From a virus (taxonomy: Duplodnaviria > Caudoviricetes): a DNA stretch of 51,923 nucleotides. The DNA lies in the IMG/VR virus record IMGVR_UViG_3300017996_000002, positions 1-51,923 of that record; one strand, 5' to 3'. Under the pieces are notes generated by a model. That model had not been told where the DNA came from. It made no database searches and saw nothing but the letters and a program-made list of their open reading frames with translations. The position numbers and the translations under genes are program-made. Below, one piece after another: positions 1 through 7,010 of the stretch; within the stretch, counting starts at the first letter, position 1, and each line of letters starts with the position of its first letter.

Positions 1-103
1 ACCGCCGGTTGCGCCGGATGCATTTGACCCTGCCGCACCTGATCCGCCGCCGCCGCCGCCACCCGAGCCCGCACCGACTTGACCCGATGAACCACCACCA
101 CCA
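1..103. repeat. Terminal direct repeat (assembly overlap), left copy
   Basis: Bases 1-103 (accgccggttgcgccggatg...gaaccaccaccacca) are identical to 51821-51923, and one ORF reads in frame across the join. Confidence 0.97.
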
Positions 104-1401
104 CCAAAAGCGTAGGCAAGAGAGCCAAATGATGACGATCCGCCTTGACTGCCGGATGAGCCTGGCGAACCGCCAGTTGCCGCGCCCGCGACAGTGACCG
201 TTTGCGGTGAGGAAACTTCGGCGGCGGTAAAATCTTTTATGCCAATATATCCGCCGCCGCCGCCGCCGCCGCCGCTTGCGGCTGTGCCGCTAGTGGTTGT
301 AATGCCGCCACCGCCACCGCCACCGCCACCCACGGCAATGACACGTACGAATTTATAGCTGGCAGCCGCGGCCGTCCATGTACCGCTTGAGGTGAACACT
401 TGTACGTCAACCGCCGACGAAGTGCCCGCTGTCAACGCCATCCATGCGGGCGCCGCACTGGCCAAGCCGGTGCCCGTCTGTGATAGAACTTCCGGTGTCG
501 TGGTCGTGTTGCCCGCGAGGACTGCGAGTGTATTTGTGGCCGAACCGTAGCGCATATCACCCAACGTCGCCGTGACCAGCCCGTCGCCCCCGTGTGTTAC
601 CCCGAGAGTGCCGGTAGCATTCGATACATTGGGCGCACCGTTCGCATTCACATAGGTCGTAATCTGCACAGGCGTGCAGTACACGGCGGCCAACGACTGC
701 ACGCACGGAATTTGCTCGGTTCCGGTCAGAACCGCCGCGGCCGACAGGCCCGCAATGGTTGACTCTAATGTGACCGCAGTAAGATTGGTCGCGTTAGCGA
801 GATTGATCGCGCTAGGCGTATCAAGCGCGGGCGTCGTAAGTGACGGCGAGCTCGACAAAACAACATTACCCGTGCCCGTGCTCGCCCCGCATGCGCCCGC
901 GCCCGTTAGGTATGTGCCGGCGACTCCCGTGCAACCGAATAGCCCGTAGATATCCGACGCGCTCGCCGCCGCTAGTGCTCCCGCCGCGCCCTTCAATGGG
1001 CCGGTAATTGACGTGCTGAGTGTAATTGCCGGCGTAGTCGTTGACGTTGCCACGGAGCCTGAAAGCCCATTCGCGGATACGACAGATGCGCTTGTGACAG
1101 TGCCGATACCGCTAGGCAGGTCCGCTAATACAATCGAGCGCATAGAGGCCGCGCCCGCAACGCCGTTGGGCGTCGCTAGGAATTGGTTCGCCGTCTCACT
1201 ACCGCACCACGTAAACGTCAGCGTGCCGCTGATCGTGACGGGGCCGCCCGAGACGCATAGGGGCGCCGTCGCCGAAGCCGCGACGCTTGTCACGGTGCCC
1301 GAACCGCCCCCGCCGCCCGAGGCTGGCGGCTGATTCTTGATGATCGCAGACGCATTGAAGCCGACCAAAAGGCCGGCGACTAATCCTAGTAAGCGCCTCA
1401 T
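1..1401 (-). CDS. 5' part of a ~626-aa glycine-rich tail-fibre-like protein with an N-terminal signal peptide; continues at 51820-51341
   Basis: The ATG at 1401 overlaps the upstream stop (ATGA). It reads MRRLLGLVAGLLVGFNASA-IIKNQPPASGGGGGSGTVTSVA...VQVFTSSGTWTAAAASYKFVRVIAVGGGGGGGGG. The frame is open to base 1 and in frame with the 51341..51595 ORF. The linear ORF track misses it. Confidence 0.85.
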   Translation of the reverse strand, partial: MRRLLGLVAGLLVGFNASAIIKNQPPASGGGGGSGTVTSVAASATAPLCVSGGPVTISGTLTFTWCGSETANQFLATPNGVAGAASMRSIVLADLPSGIGTVTSASVVSANGLSGSVATSTTTPAITLSTSITGPLKGAAGALAAASASDIYGLFGCTGVAGTYLTGAGACGASTGTGNVVLSSSPSLTTPALDTPSAINLANATNLTAVTLESTIAGLSAAAVLTGTEQIPCVQSLAAVYCTPVQITTYVNANGAPNVSNATGTLGVTHGGDGLVTATLGDMRYGSATNTLAVLAGNTTTTPEVLSQTGTGLASAAPAWMALTAGTSSAVDVQVFTSSGTWTAAAASYKFVRVIAVGGGGGGGGGITTTSGTAASGGGGGGGGYIGIKDFTAAEVSSPQTVTVAGAATGGSPGSSGSQGGSSSFGSLAYAFGGGGGSSGQVGAGSGGGGGGGSGAAGSNASGATGG

Positions 1402-1820
1402 AGCCCGACTCCCGGCGTGAATTCGACAACGCCGCTACTCGATTCAAGGATCACCGCTGCAACGCCCGCGCCGGCCGGCGGCGTCATGACGATAACGGAA
1501 CCCGGCGCTACGGGATAATCTGCTGTTGCCGTACCCGGCGAACCAACCGAAGCCGTACACGCTGCGGCCTGAGCGCAAAATACGACGTGCGCGATACCGG
1601 TTGTACTGTTATAGACTTCGATTTGCGGTATTAAGGTATTTGTAATGGCTGCAAGCGCGACACTGGCGGACGCGGTCGACGCGGATAAAATGCTCGTTTT
1701 GGCGCGCGCTTGGAACGCTACCGTTGATTGCGGCGCCGGCTCAGGCGCGGGGCCGTAGGGAAATTGCGCGAACGCCGGCAAGGCGAAAAAGGCTAAGAGA
1801 GCTAAGGACTTGAGGCGCAT
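1398..1820 (-). CDS. Secreted hypothetical protein (140 aa, signal peptide, small beta-rich domain)
   Basis: The likely start is MRLKSLALLAFFALPAFA|QF, with an AFA cleavage motif. The sigma70-like promoter at 1891-1863 lies just upstream, which argues against the 1961 start. Confidence 0.75.
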   Translation of the reverse strand: MRLKSLALLAFFALPAFAQFPYGPAPEPAPQSTVAFQARAKTSILSASTASASVALAAITNTLIPQIEVYNSTTGIAHVVFCAQAAACTASVGSPGTATADYPVAPGSVIVMTPPAGAGVAAVILESSSGVVEFTPGVGL

Positions 1821-1862
1821 GGCAGTGTTCCCGGGTTGTGACGCGGTCGACAATTCCGCCAT

Positions 1863-1891
1863 ATCGTACGCTAGCCTTGGCGGTTTGGCAA
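1863..1891 (-). promoter_or_regulatory. Sigma70-like promoter for the secreted-protein operon
   Basis: Minus strand TTGCCA-17 nt-TACGAT. Confidence 0.55.
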
Positions 1892-1894
1892 AAC

Positions 1895-1937
1895 TGTGAC
1901 GTGGGACACTCAAGCCCGGCGCTCGAAGGCCGATACT
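1895..1937 (+). promoter_or_regulatory. Class II CRP-like promoter
   Basis: TGTGA-cgtggg-ACACT, then 21 nt, then -10 GATACT. The predicted +1 is the A of the ATG at 1944. Confidence 0.6.
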
Positions 1938-1943
1938 CTCTAC

Positions 1944-2057
1944 ATGGACAAGCGAATACAAAACGAACGGAACGCCAACGCGGCACTAGCAGCGCAAGCG
2001 AATCGCCCGAAGCTCACGCCCGAACAACTGGAAATCTTAAGGAAACTAGGACTATGA
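1944..2057 (+). CDS. Small leaderless hypothetical protein (37 aa)
   Basis: MDKRIQNERNANAALAAQANRPKLTPEQLEILRKLGL. It starts at the predicted +1 and its stop overlaps the next ATG (ATGA). Confidence 0.55.
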   Translation: MDKRIQNERNANAALAAQANRPKLTPEQLEILRKLGL

Positions 2058-2524
2058 ACCGCCAAATTATCAGCCCTCGCGCCTTCGCGCTACTCGGATT
2101 CTTGATAATCCTCACGCTCTTGTACGTCGCGAACGCGCAAGCCGCCGAGTGCCCCAAGTGTTCACCAGCCGTGCAAAGCATCTTAGAGCCTATTGGATGC
2201 GACACGCCCGCGCCGCCGGGTTTCTTAGATCCAGTCTCATGCGGGACGATTGCGGACGTCGTCTTAAATTATGCGTTCCGGCAAGGCGTGTACTGCGCCA
2301 ATCCTAACGTGTGGGTTGACGATATTTCGACACTCGTACGGATTAACTGCATGAGCGGGAGTTATGGCATGCGCCTCGTGCCCGGCCGTCACGGCTTCGA
2401 AGCATCGTTGTTTACGAAGATTAAGAGCCGTGATTTTTGGCTCGTTTGGGTTGACTCCGCGCGTACCGATACATGCGCAGCGCTACACGCTCGCTACATC
2501 GCCGGTTTTTGCGTGAACTACTAG
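2054..2524 (+). CDS. Secreted cysteine-rich hypothetical protein (156 aa)
   Basis: MNRQIISPRAFALLGFLIILTLLYVANAQA|AEC looks like a signal peptide. The mature part has 8 Cys. Confidence 0.7.
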   Translation: MNRQIISPRAFALLGFLIILTLLYVANAQAAECPKCSPAVQSILEPIGCDTPAPPGFLDPVSCGTIADVVLNYAFRQGVYCANPNVWVDDISTLVRINCMSGSYGMRLVPGRHGFEASLFTKIKSRDFWLVWVDSARTDTCAALHARYIAGFCVNY

Positions 2525-2531
2525 CCTTGCC

Positions 2532-3575
2532 ATGCTCCTAGTGTATCGCTACCGTGTCAAGTCCCTCGAAGGGTTGCTTAAGGCTCAATCGCGAGCGGTG
2601 AACTTCGTCTGGAATTACTGCAACGAAACCCAAAAGTCGGCGTTGAAGTGGAACAAGCGCTGGCCGTCCGGTTTTGACTTGAACAAACTCACGGCAGGCA
2701 CTAGCAAGGAACTGCGCTTGCACGCGGGCACGATCAACTCGGTGTGCGAGCAATATGCCAAGTCGCGCAGTCAGAAAAAGAGGCCCTTTCTTCGCTGGCG
2801 CGGCAAAAAGTCCTTGGGCTGGGTGCCGCTCAAGGGTCGAGATTTGAGGCGAGAAGGCGATGCGTTCCGCTTCGCGGGCAATACATTTCGTGTGTTCTAT
2901 TCGCGTCCATTGCCGGACGGCAAGATCAAGGATGGCAGTAGCTTTTCGTGCGATGCGCGCGGTCGCTGGTTCTTGAACATTGTGATTGAAGTGGCCGATG
3001 CGACGCCTCGCCAAGTTGCTACCGCTATTGGTATTGATTTGGGATTGAAAAACTTCGCCGCTCTTTCCACTGGCGAAACTATCGGTAATCCGCGCCATTT
3101 GAGAAAACTTGCGGGCGATCTTGCCGTAGCGCAGCGTGCGGGCAAGAAGGGCCGCGCGCGCAACATTCACGCCAAGATCGGCAACGCGCGAGCCGACTTT
3201 CACCACAAACTTTCGTTCCGCATCGTGCGAGAGTTCGATTACATCGCGGTAGGCAACGTCAATGCCGCCGGACTCGCCAAAACCAACATGGCGAAATCCG
3301 TTCTCGATGCAGGTTGGTCTAGCTTCCGCAACCAACTCCGCTATAAAGCTATTAAGCACGGCGCATGGTTCGCAGAGGTTAGCGAATATGGTTCTACCCG
3401 AGTCTGTTCGTCTTGCGCATGCGAGACGGGGCCGAAAGGTGTCGCAGACCTCGGAATAAGAAACTGGATATGCAGTGAGTGTGGTACTTCGCATGATCGT
3501 GATACTAACGCTGCTCTAAATATCCTTTTCCGTTCGGGACATCGAACGCCTGTAGAGGGAATCCCCGTCCTTTAG
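2532..3575 (+). CDS. tnpB: IS200/IS605-family RNA-guided endonuclease TnpB with rearranged RuvC-II
   Basis: N-terminal YRYRVK...VNFVWNY; RuvC-I IGIDLGLKNF; RuvC-II IAVGNV with a downstream VSEYGST; zinc finger CSSC...CSECG; RuvC-III HDRDTNAALNI. Confidence 0.95.
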   Translation: MLLVYRYRVKSLEGLLKAQSRAVNFVWNYCNETQKSALKWNKRWPSGFDLNKLTAGTSKELRLHAGTINSVCEQYAKSRSQKKRPFLRWRGKKSLGWVPLKGRDLRREGDAFRFAGNTFRVFYSRPLPDGKIKDGSSFSCDARGRWFLNIVIEVADATPRQVATAIGIDLGLKNFAALSTGETIGNPRHLRKLAGDLAVAQRAGKKGRARNIHAKIGNARADFHHKLSFRIVREFDYIAVGNVNAAGLAKTNMAKSVLDAGWSSFRNQLRYKAIKHGAWFAEVSEYGSTRVCSSCACETGPKGVADLGIRNWICSECGTSHDRDTNAALNILFRSGHRTPVEGIPVL

Positions 3576-3592
3576 GGCGGGGAGCATGTCAA
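3557..3592 (+). mobile_element. IS605-type right end / 3' end of the omegaRNA scaffold
   Basis: GGAATCCCCGTCCTTTAGGGCGGGGAGCATGTCAA: a subterminal hairpin ending in TCAA, typical of IS605/IS609 right ends. The putative guide begins at 3593. Confidence 0.8.
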
Positions 3593-3630
3593 AAATAAAT
3601 GTCCTTCAGATTCGATCAATTCAGTTACCA

Positions 3631-3810
3631 GTGAACGCGCTCAAGGGCACGTCGAGTCGCTTACTCCGAGCGTCACGCCCAGATATCGCCGGGAAATACT
3701 GGCGCGGCGTGCTGTGGTCACCGTCCTATTTTGCAGTGAGCGCGGGCGGAGCGCCGCTGGCGACCATCAAGCAGTACGTCGAGGCTCAGCGCACAGCCAA
3801 AACGCCGTAG
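3631..3810 (+). pseudogene. tnpA: C-terminal remnant of an IS200/IS605 Y1 transposase
   Basis: VNALKGTSSRLLR...LWSPSYFAVSAGGAPLATIKQYVEAQ matches the IS609-like TnpA C-terminus. The N-terminal HUH half is missing. Confidence 0.85.
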
Positions 3811-3821
3811 TCGCCGGACCC

Positions 3822-3866
3822 CTCTACCTCCCCGCCATTCATGGCGGGGTTTCACGGGGCTTCTGA
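3822..3866 (-). mobile_element. IS605/IS609-type left-end hairpin downstream of the tnpA remnant
   Basis: CCCCGCCAT-TC-ATGGCGGGG hairpin (3830-3849) followed by TTTCACGGGGCTTCTG. Confidence 0.65.
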
Positions 3867-3922
3867 CGATGAGCGACAAGCGCCCGCCCTACGTGTTCGA
3901 GTTCCCGTCTCGGGCGCCCGAT

Positions 3923-4129
3923 CTAGTCAAAGCTTTCCGACGTCGGCGCCCGGACGTTATCGAGTTTTGGCGGGCCGCTGATCTCGACGCTGACGGTGAG
4001 CCCGTCGACCGCACCCGCCCTGTTGACGAGTAGTCCGCCGCTGATACGCGGCACGCATTTGTGCGGCGCGTCGAACTCCTCGGCGATCTCAGCCTTGAAG
4101 GCGTCGAGCTTGTCGTCACGCTCGCTCAC
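3923..4129 (-). CDS. Hypothetical protein (68 aa)
   Basis: Its start overlaps the stop of the putative terS gene. Confidence 0.5.
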   Translation of the reverse strand: MSERDDKLDAFKAEIAEEFDAPHKCVPRISGGLLVNRAGAVDGLTVSVEISGPPKLDNVRAPTSESFD

Positions 4130-4581
4130 TCGTCGCCCTCATGCTCAGCCTCGCACGCCTCGGGGATGGGCTCGGGCTCGTGCCCTACCATCTTGAGGTA
4201 CAGCCGCTCAGCCTCGTCAGGCGTCACGTCCTTGCCGATCACTACATCGTCGGGCTCGCGGGTCGGGCTCACTTCCACCCGGGCGAGCCGCGGTAGATTG
4301 AACTCCATGATTGACTGCAACGCGTCAATGAACCCTTTCGGATTCGGCGATGTGCCGCGGCTCAGCACGGCGCCCGTGCGCGCGTCGACCACGCGGGGCG
4401 TCCCGTCGCGTATCGCTACCAGCGCAGCATAGGCGCTCGGCATGAGCGCGTTCACCATCTGCGAGATCATGAAGCGCGTTATTTCCGTGTTGCGATTCGG
4501 TGATCCCTTGGGCCGGCCGATCTTAGGCTTAGCCGTTGAGCTTTCCACCACGGATATGACGCTTGGGTCGTTGGGTTTCAT
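4126..4581 (-). CDS. terS: Putative terminase small subunit
   Basis: N-terminal GRPKGSPNR motif, a helical middle, and a C-terminal TPDEAERLYLKM of the type seen in TerS of related myoviruses. Same strand as terL. Confidence 0.55.
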   Translation of the reverse strand: MKPNDPSVISVVESSTAKPKIGRPKGSPNRNTEITRFMISQMVNALMPSAYAALVAIRDGTPRVVDARTGAVLSRGTSPNPKGFIDALQSIMEFNLPRLARVEVSPTREPDDVVIGKDVTPDEAERLYLKMVGHEPEPIPEACEAEHEGDE

Positions 4582-4589
4582 GTTCGCGT

Positions 4590-4837
4590 AAATCCTGATT
4601 TTTTAGTGAGGGCTTAAGATAGCAGCGCGCCAGCCAACAGGCAAACCCGATTGACTTATAGTTATTATTAGTGCCTGAAGGGTACCCTGGCACTTTTTAA
4701 TCTCTGTTCCTTTCAAAATATTTATAGTAGTATGTATCATTCTGTTCTTATACTACTATAGATATTTTCAGATATGTTGAGAGAAAAATTGACTATCCCC
4801 TGTCGTCTTTGATAATACTACTAAAGGATACCTACTC
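4590..4837. other. AT-rich intergenic region with inverted repeats (candidate origin or divergent promoter region)
   Basis: Markedly AT-rich in a GC-rich genome. It contains TATAGTAGTAT / ATACTACTATA inverted copies and a third ATACTACTA. Confidence 0.45.
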
Positions 4838-5326
4838 ATGTCTAAGTTAGATGAACTTGATGCGAAATACGCTAGAGAACTTCGCGACGCCGCGCGTGAG
4901 GCCGAGCGCCCCGCGCGTGAGGCCGCCGCCCGGGCGATACTAGAAGCTAAGTTAGAGAGCAAAGCCCGGCGTGATAAAGCGCGGGCCGCCCGTGACGCGG
5001 CTCGCGCTCGGCGCGAACCTGTCTTTGATTCCGGATTCCCTTGCAAACGCGGGCACAACTCGGCGCGCTATACGTGCAACGGCGGCTGCCTTGAATGCCT
5101 CGGAATAGCAATCCCTAAGATTGACGATCACGTGCAAGATCGCATTGCAATTGAATGGATCGTGCGAAAAGGATTGACTGCTCCGATCGGTGCCCCGCTA
5201 TTGAACTATTTAACAGAATGCTTTGTGACGTATTTCGATCATCACGGCGATAAGAACGTGCTCGAACGTCACAAACTCGAAGCGATGCGCGCCACGGGAA
5301 AGCCCTACGGCGTCGACGTCGGCTAA
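4838..5326 (+). CDS. Hypothetical protein with coiled coil and Cys/His zinc-binding motif
   Basis: PCKRGHNSARYTCNGGCLEC motif; AAGGA RBS. Confidence 0.7.
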   Translation: MSKLDELDAKYARELRDAAREAERPAREAAARAILEAKLESKARRDKARAARDAARARREPVFDSGFPCKRGHNSARYTCNGGCLECLGIAIPKIDDHVQDRIAIEWIVRKGLTAPIGAPLLNYLTECFVTYFDHHGDKNVLERHKLEAMRATGKPYGVDVG

Positions 5327-5520
5327 TGGCTCAGAAGATCAGGCGCCGGGCTCGGATAGGCGGCCGGCGCCGTCCCCTGAAGCCGTGGGAAGCCGCCAGG
5401 CTGGCGCGCAACTCCCGCGAGGTGTGCCGGTGCGACTGTATGCCGTTCCCGCACCGTGCGGGCTCACGTTCCGTTGTGCGGATAGGCCGATCGTCTATTA
5501 CAGTCAAATGTGACGCTTGA
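5326..5520 (+). CDS. Small basic protein with CxCxxxxFPHR motif
   Basis: TAATG overlap with the upstream gene; CRCDCMPFPHRAGS. Confidence 0.55.
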   Translation: MAQKIRRRARIGGRRRPLKPWEAARLARNSREVCRCDCMPFPHRAGSRSVVRIGRSSITVKCDA

Positions 5521-5571
5521 CGCGGCGCACATCCGGTAGGGTTGGACCTTAGCCCAAGGATATCCCCCACC

Positions 5572-5694
5572 ATGAACCGCCCGCCCATCCTATGCAATTG
5601 CGCGCCTGACGCTCAGCACCATGAATACGACATATGGAACGAACACGACGGCGAGGGCTCACTCGAAGGCTCGGGCGACGGGGATGATTATTAG
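5572..5694 (+). CDS. Small acidic hypothetical protein (40 aa)
   Basis: MNRPPILCNCAPDAQHHEYDIWNEHDGEGSLEGSGDGDDY, with AAGGA upstream. Confidence 0.4.
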   Translation: MNRPPILCNCAPDAQHHEYDIWNEHDGEGSLEGSGDGDDY

Positions 5695-5696
5695 AA

Positions 5697-5739
5697 TGTG
5701 ACGTGGGTCTCGACGCCTCGGTCAGTTATGCGCGATAAT
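5697..5739 (+). promoter_or_regulatory. Class II CRP-like promoter with overlapping CGAC-N6-GTCA operator
   Basis: TGTGA-cgtggg-TCTCG, 21 nt, GATAAT. Operator at 5711-5724. Confidence 0.7.
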
Positions 5740-5772
5740 ACTCGCGTCTAAACAATCGAGGAGCTTTTACAA

Positions 5773-6576
5773 ATGTTTAAATTACCAATCGACCTGAACG
5801 CCATCAAGGCGCTCGAATTGTTCGCCGGCAAGGACGACGTATTGTTCGCCGGCAAGGACGACGAGCGGCACTACTTGAACGGCATCTGGGTCTGCGCAAT
5901 CGATGCGCGCACCGTGCGCGTGGTCGCGACAGACGGGTATACCTTGGCCGAGCATCGCGTCGCGCTGCAGGAGGGCGGCATGGAGTTCACCGGTGGATTC
6001 CCTCAGTCGGGGATCATCCCGCGCGACGCGTTCAAAGCACTCAAGGGCTTTACCGTCTTATCAATCGAGCCGGGCTCCAAGGGCACATTCGACCCGCCAC
6101 GCTACTCAATCAATGACGGCGAGCGCGTCGGCAAACTGATCGACGGCACGTTCCCTGACATCGATCGGATATGGCCGTCGTCTGTCAGTCTCGAAGCAAC
6201 ACATTTGGATCCGGACTACGTCGCACGCGTCGGCAAGGCGGCGCACCTGCTTGCCGGTAAGGGCCTGCTCCGCTCGGCCTTTTTTCAGAACGGGTCGAAC
6301 CCCACGGTGTTCAAAGTGCGCGACGACTTCGCGGGCCTCATCATGCCCGAGCGCACGGACAAGGCGAGCATGCCTGAGTGGACGCCGACCAAGTCGCTCG
6401 GAGATCCGATCCGCGAGGCCGCCAAAGAGACAGTGATTGCGCTGCGCGATCTGTATGACTGCGCCGCCGCCGGCATTCTGCCGAAGTCGACCGACGATGT
6501 TCTTAGCAACGCGCGTAAGTTACTGACGCGGATCGGGATCATGACGCGTGACGACATCGCGGGCATTAACAACTGA
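5773..6576 (+). CDS. DNA polymerase III beta-clamp-like protein
   Basis: The motifs DxRHYLNGI, VVATDGYTL and IDGTFPDIDRIWP echo DnaN (D.RY.LNG, VATDGHRL, IDG.FPDY.RV.P). GAGGAG RBS. Confidence 0.75.
   Translation: MFKLPIDLNAIKALELFAGKDDVLFAGKDDERHYLNGIWVCAIDARTVRVVATDGYTLAEHRVALQEGGMEFTGGFPQSGIIPRDAFKALKGFTVLSIEPGSKGTFDPPRYSINDGERVGKLIDGTFPDIDRIWPSSVSLEATHLDPDYVARVGKAAHLLAGKGLLRSAFFQNGSNPTVFKVRDDFAGLIMPERTDKASMPEWTPTKSLGDPIREAAKETVIALRDLYDCAAAGILPKSTDDVLSNARKLLTRIGIMTRDDIAGINN
5817..5863 (+). repeat. 24-nt in-frame tandem duplication
   Basis: ATTGTTCGCCGGCAAGGACGACG occurs twice and encodes LFAGKDD-V-LFAGKDD. Confidence 0.9.
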
Positions 6577-6589
6577 GGAGATTTTGCAA

Positions 6590-6688
6590 ATGTTCAAGCG
6601 ATTACAGATTTTCGTCGAGGAGGGCTTGACGATCGCGTGCATTCTCGCGCTGATCGGCTATGTCTGGTACATGGTGCTTAAGTGTTGA
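6590..6688 (+). CDS. Small single-pass membrane peptide (32 aa)
   Basis: MFKRLQIFVEEGLTIACILALIGYVWYMVLKC; GAGGAG RBS. Confidence 0.6.
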   Translation: MFKRLQIFVEEGLTIACILALIGYVWYMVLKC

Positions 6689-6794
6689 GGCTCATACGGC
6701 GTTGGATACAACGACGTAAAGCTTGGGGCGTTTCATACGACCAGCGTTGGCGCCCGAGCGTCAAGCGCAATCAAGCGGGGAGTTTCTAAGAGAA

Positions 6795-6847
6795 TCCGAC
6801 CCGTCCGCCTAGCGCCGCATGATGCAGCGCTAGGCGGACGGGTCGGA
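6795..6847. repeat. 53-bp near-perfect palindrome between convergent transcription units
   Basis: TCCGACCCGTCCGCCTAGCGC...GCGCTAGGCGGACGGGTCGGA has 21-bp perfect arms that extend inward with one mismatch. Confidence 0.9.
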
Positions 6848-6862
6848 AAGGTTGAGGGCGGG

Positions 6863-6976
6863 CTATAAGCCCTCGTAATCGTCCACGTCTTTGATGAAGT
6901 CATGCGACTGCGCGACGTGATTCGAGCGCAGCACCACGATTAGAGCGACCACGTACAAAAATAGACCAATCCACAT
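6863..6976 (-). CDS. Small membrane peptide (37 aa)
   Basis: MWIGLFLYVVALIVVLRSNHVAQSHDFIKDVDDYEGL; AGGAG RBS. Confidence 0.55.
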   Translation of the reverse strand: MWIGLFLYVVALIVVLRSNHVAQSHDFIKDVDDYEGL

Positions 6977-7010
6977 ATTCGCTGCTCCTAAGTGAGAACC
7001 CGATCACATC

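Noticed and set aside
1-103. Biological terminal repeat of the virion DNA
   Set aside because: It falls mid-gene in a low-complexity Gly-rich region and is better explained as an assembler overlap.
2538-3494. Long antisense or alternate-frame ORFs (e.g. 2538-3494, 32076-33035, 37980-38828, 18975-19487)
   Set aside because: These are shadow frames of well-supported genes in GC-rich DNA, with Arg/Ala-biased composition and no motifs.
2532-3575. Nuclease-dead TnpB (TldR-like) because the RuvC-II Glu is Gly
   Set aside because: A compensating Glu before the zinc finger and both intact Asp residues fit the rearranged active-site type better. Activity is still untested.
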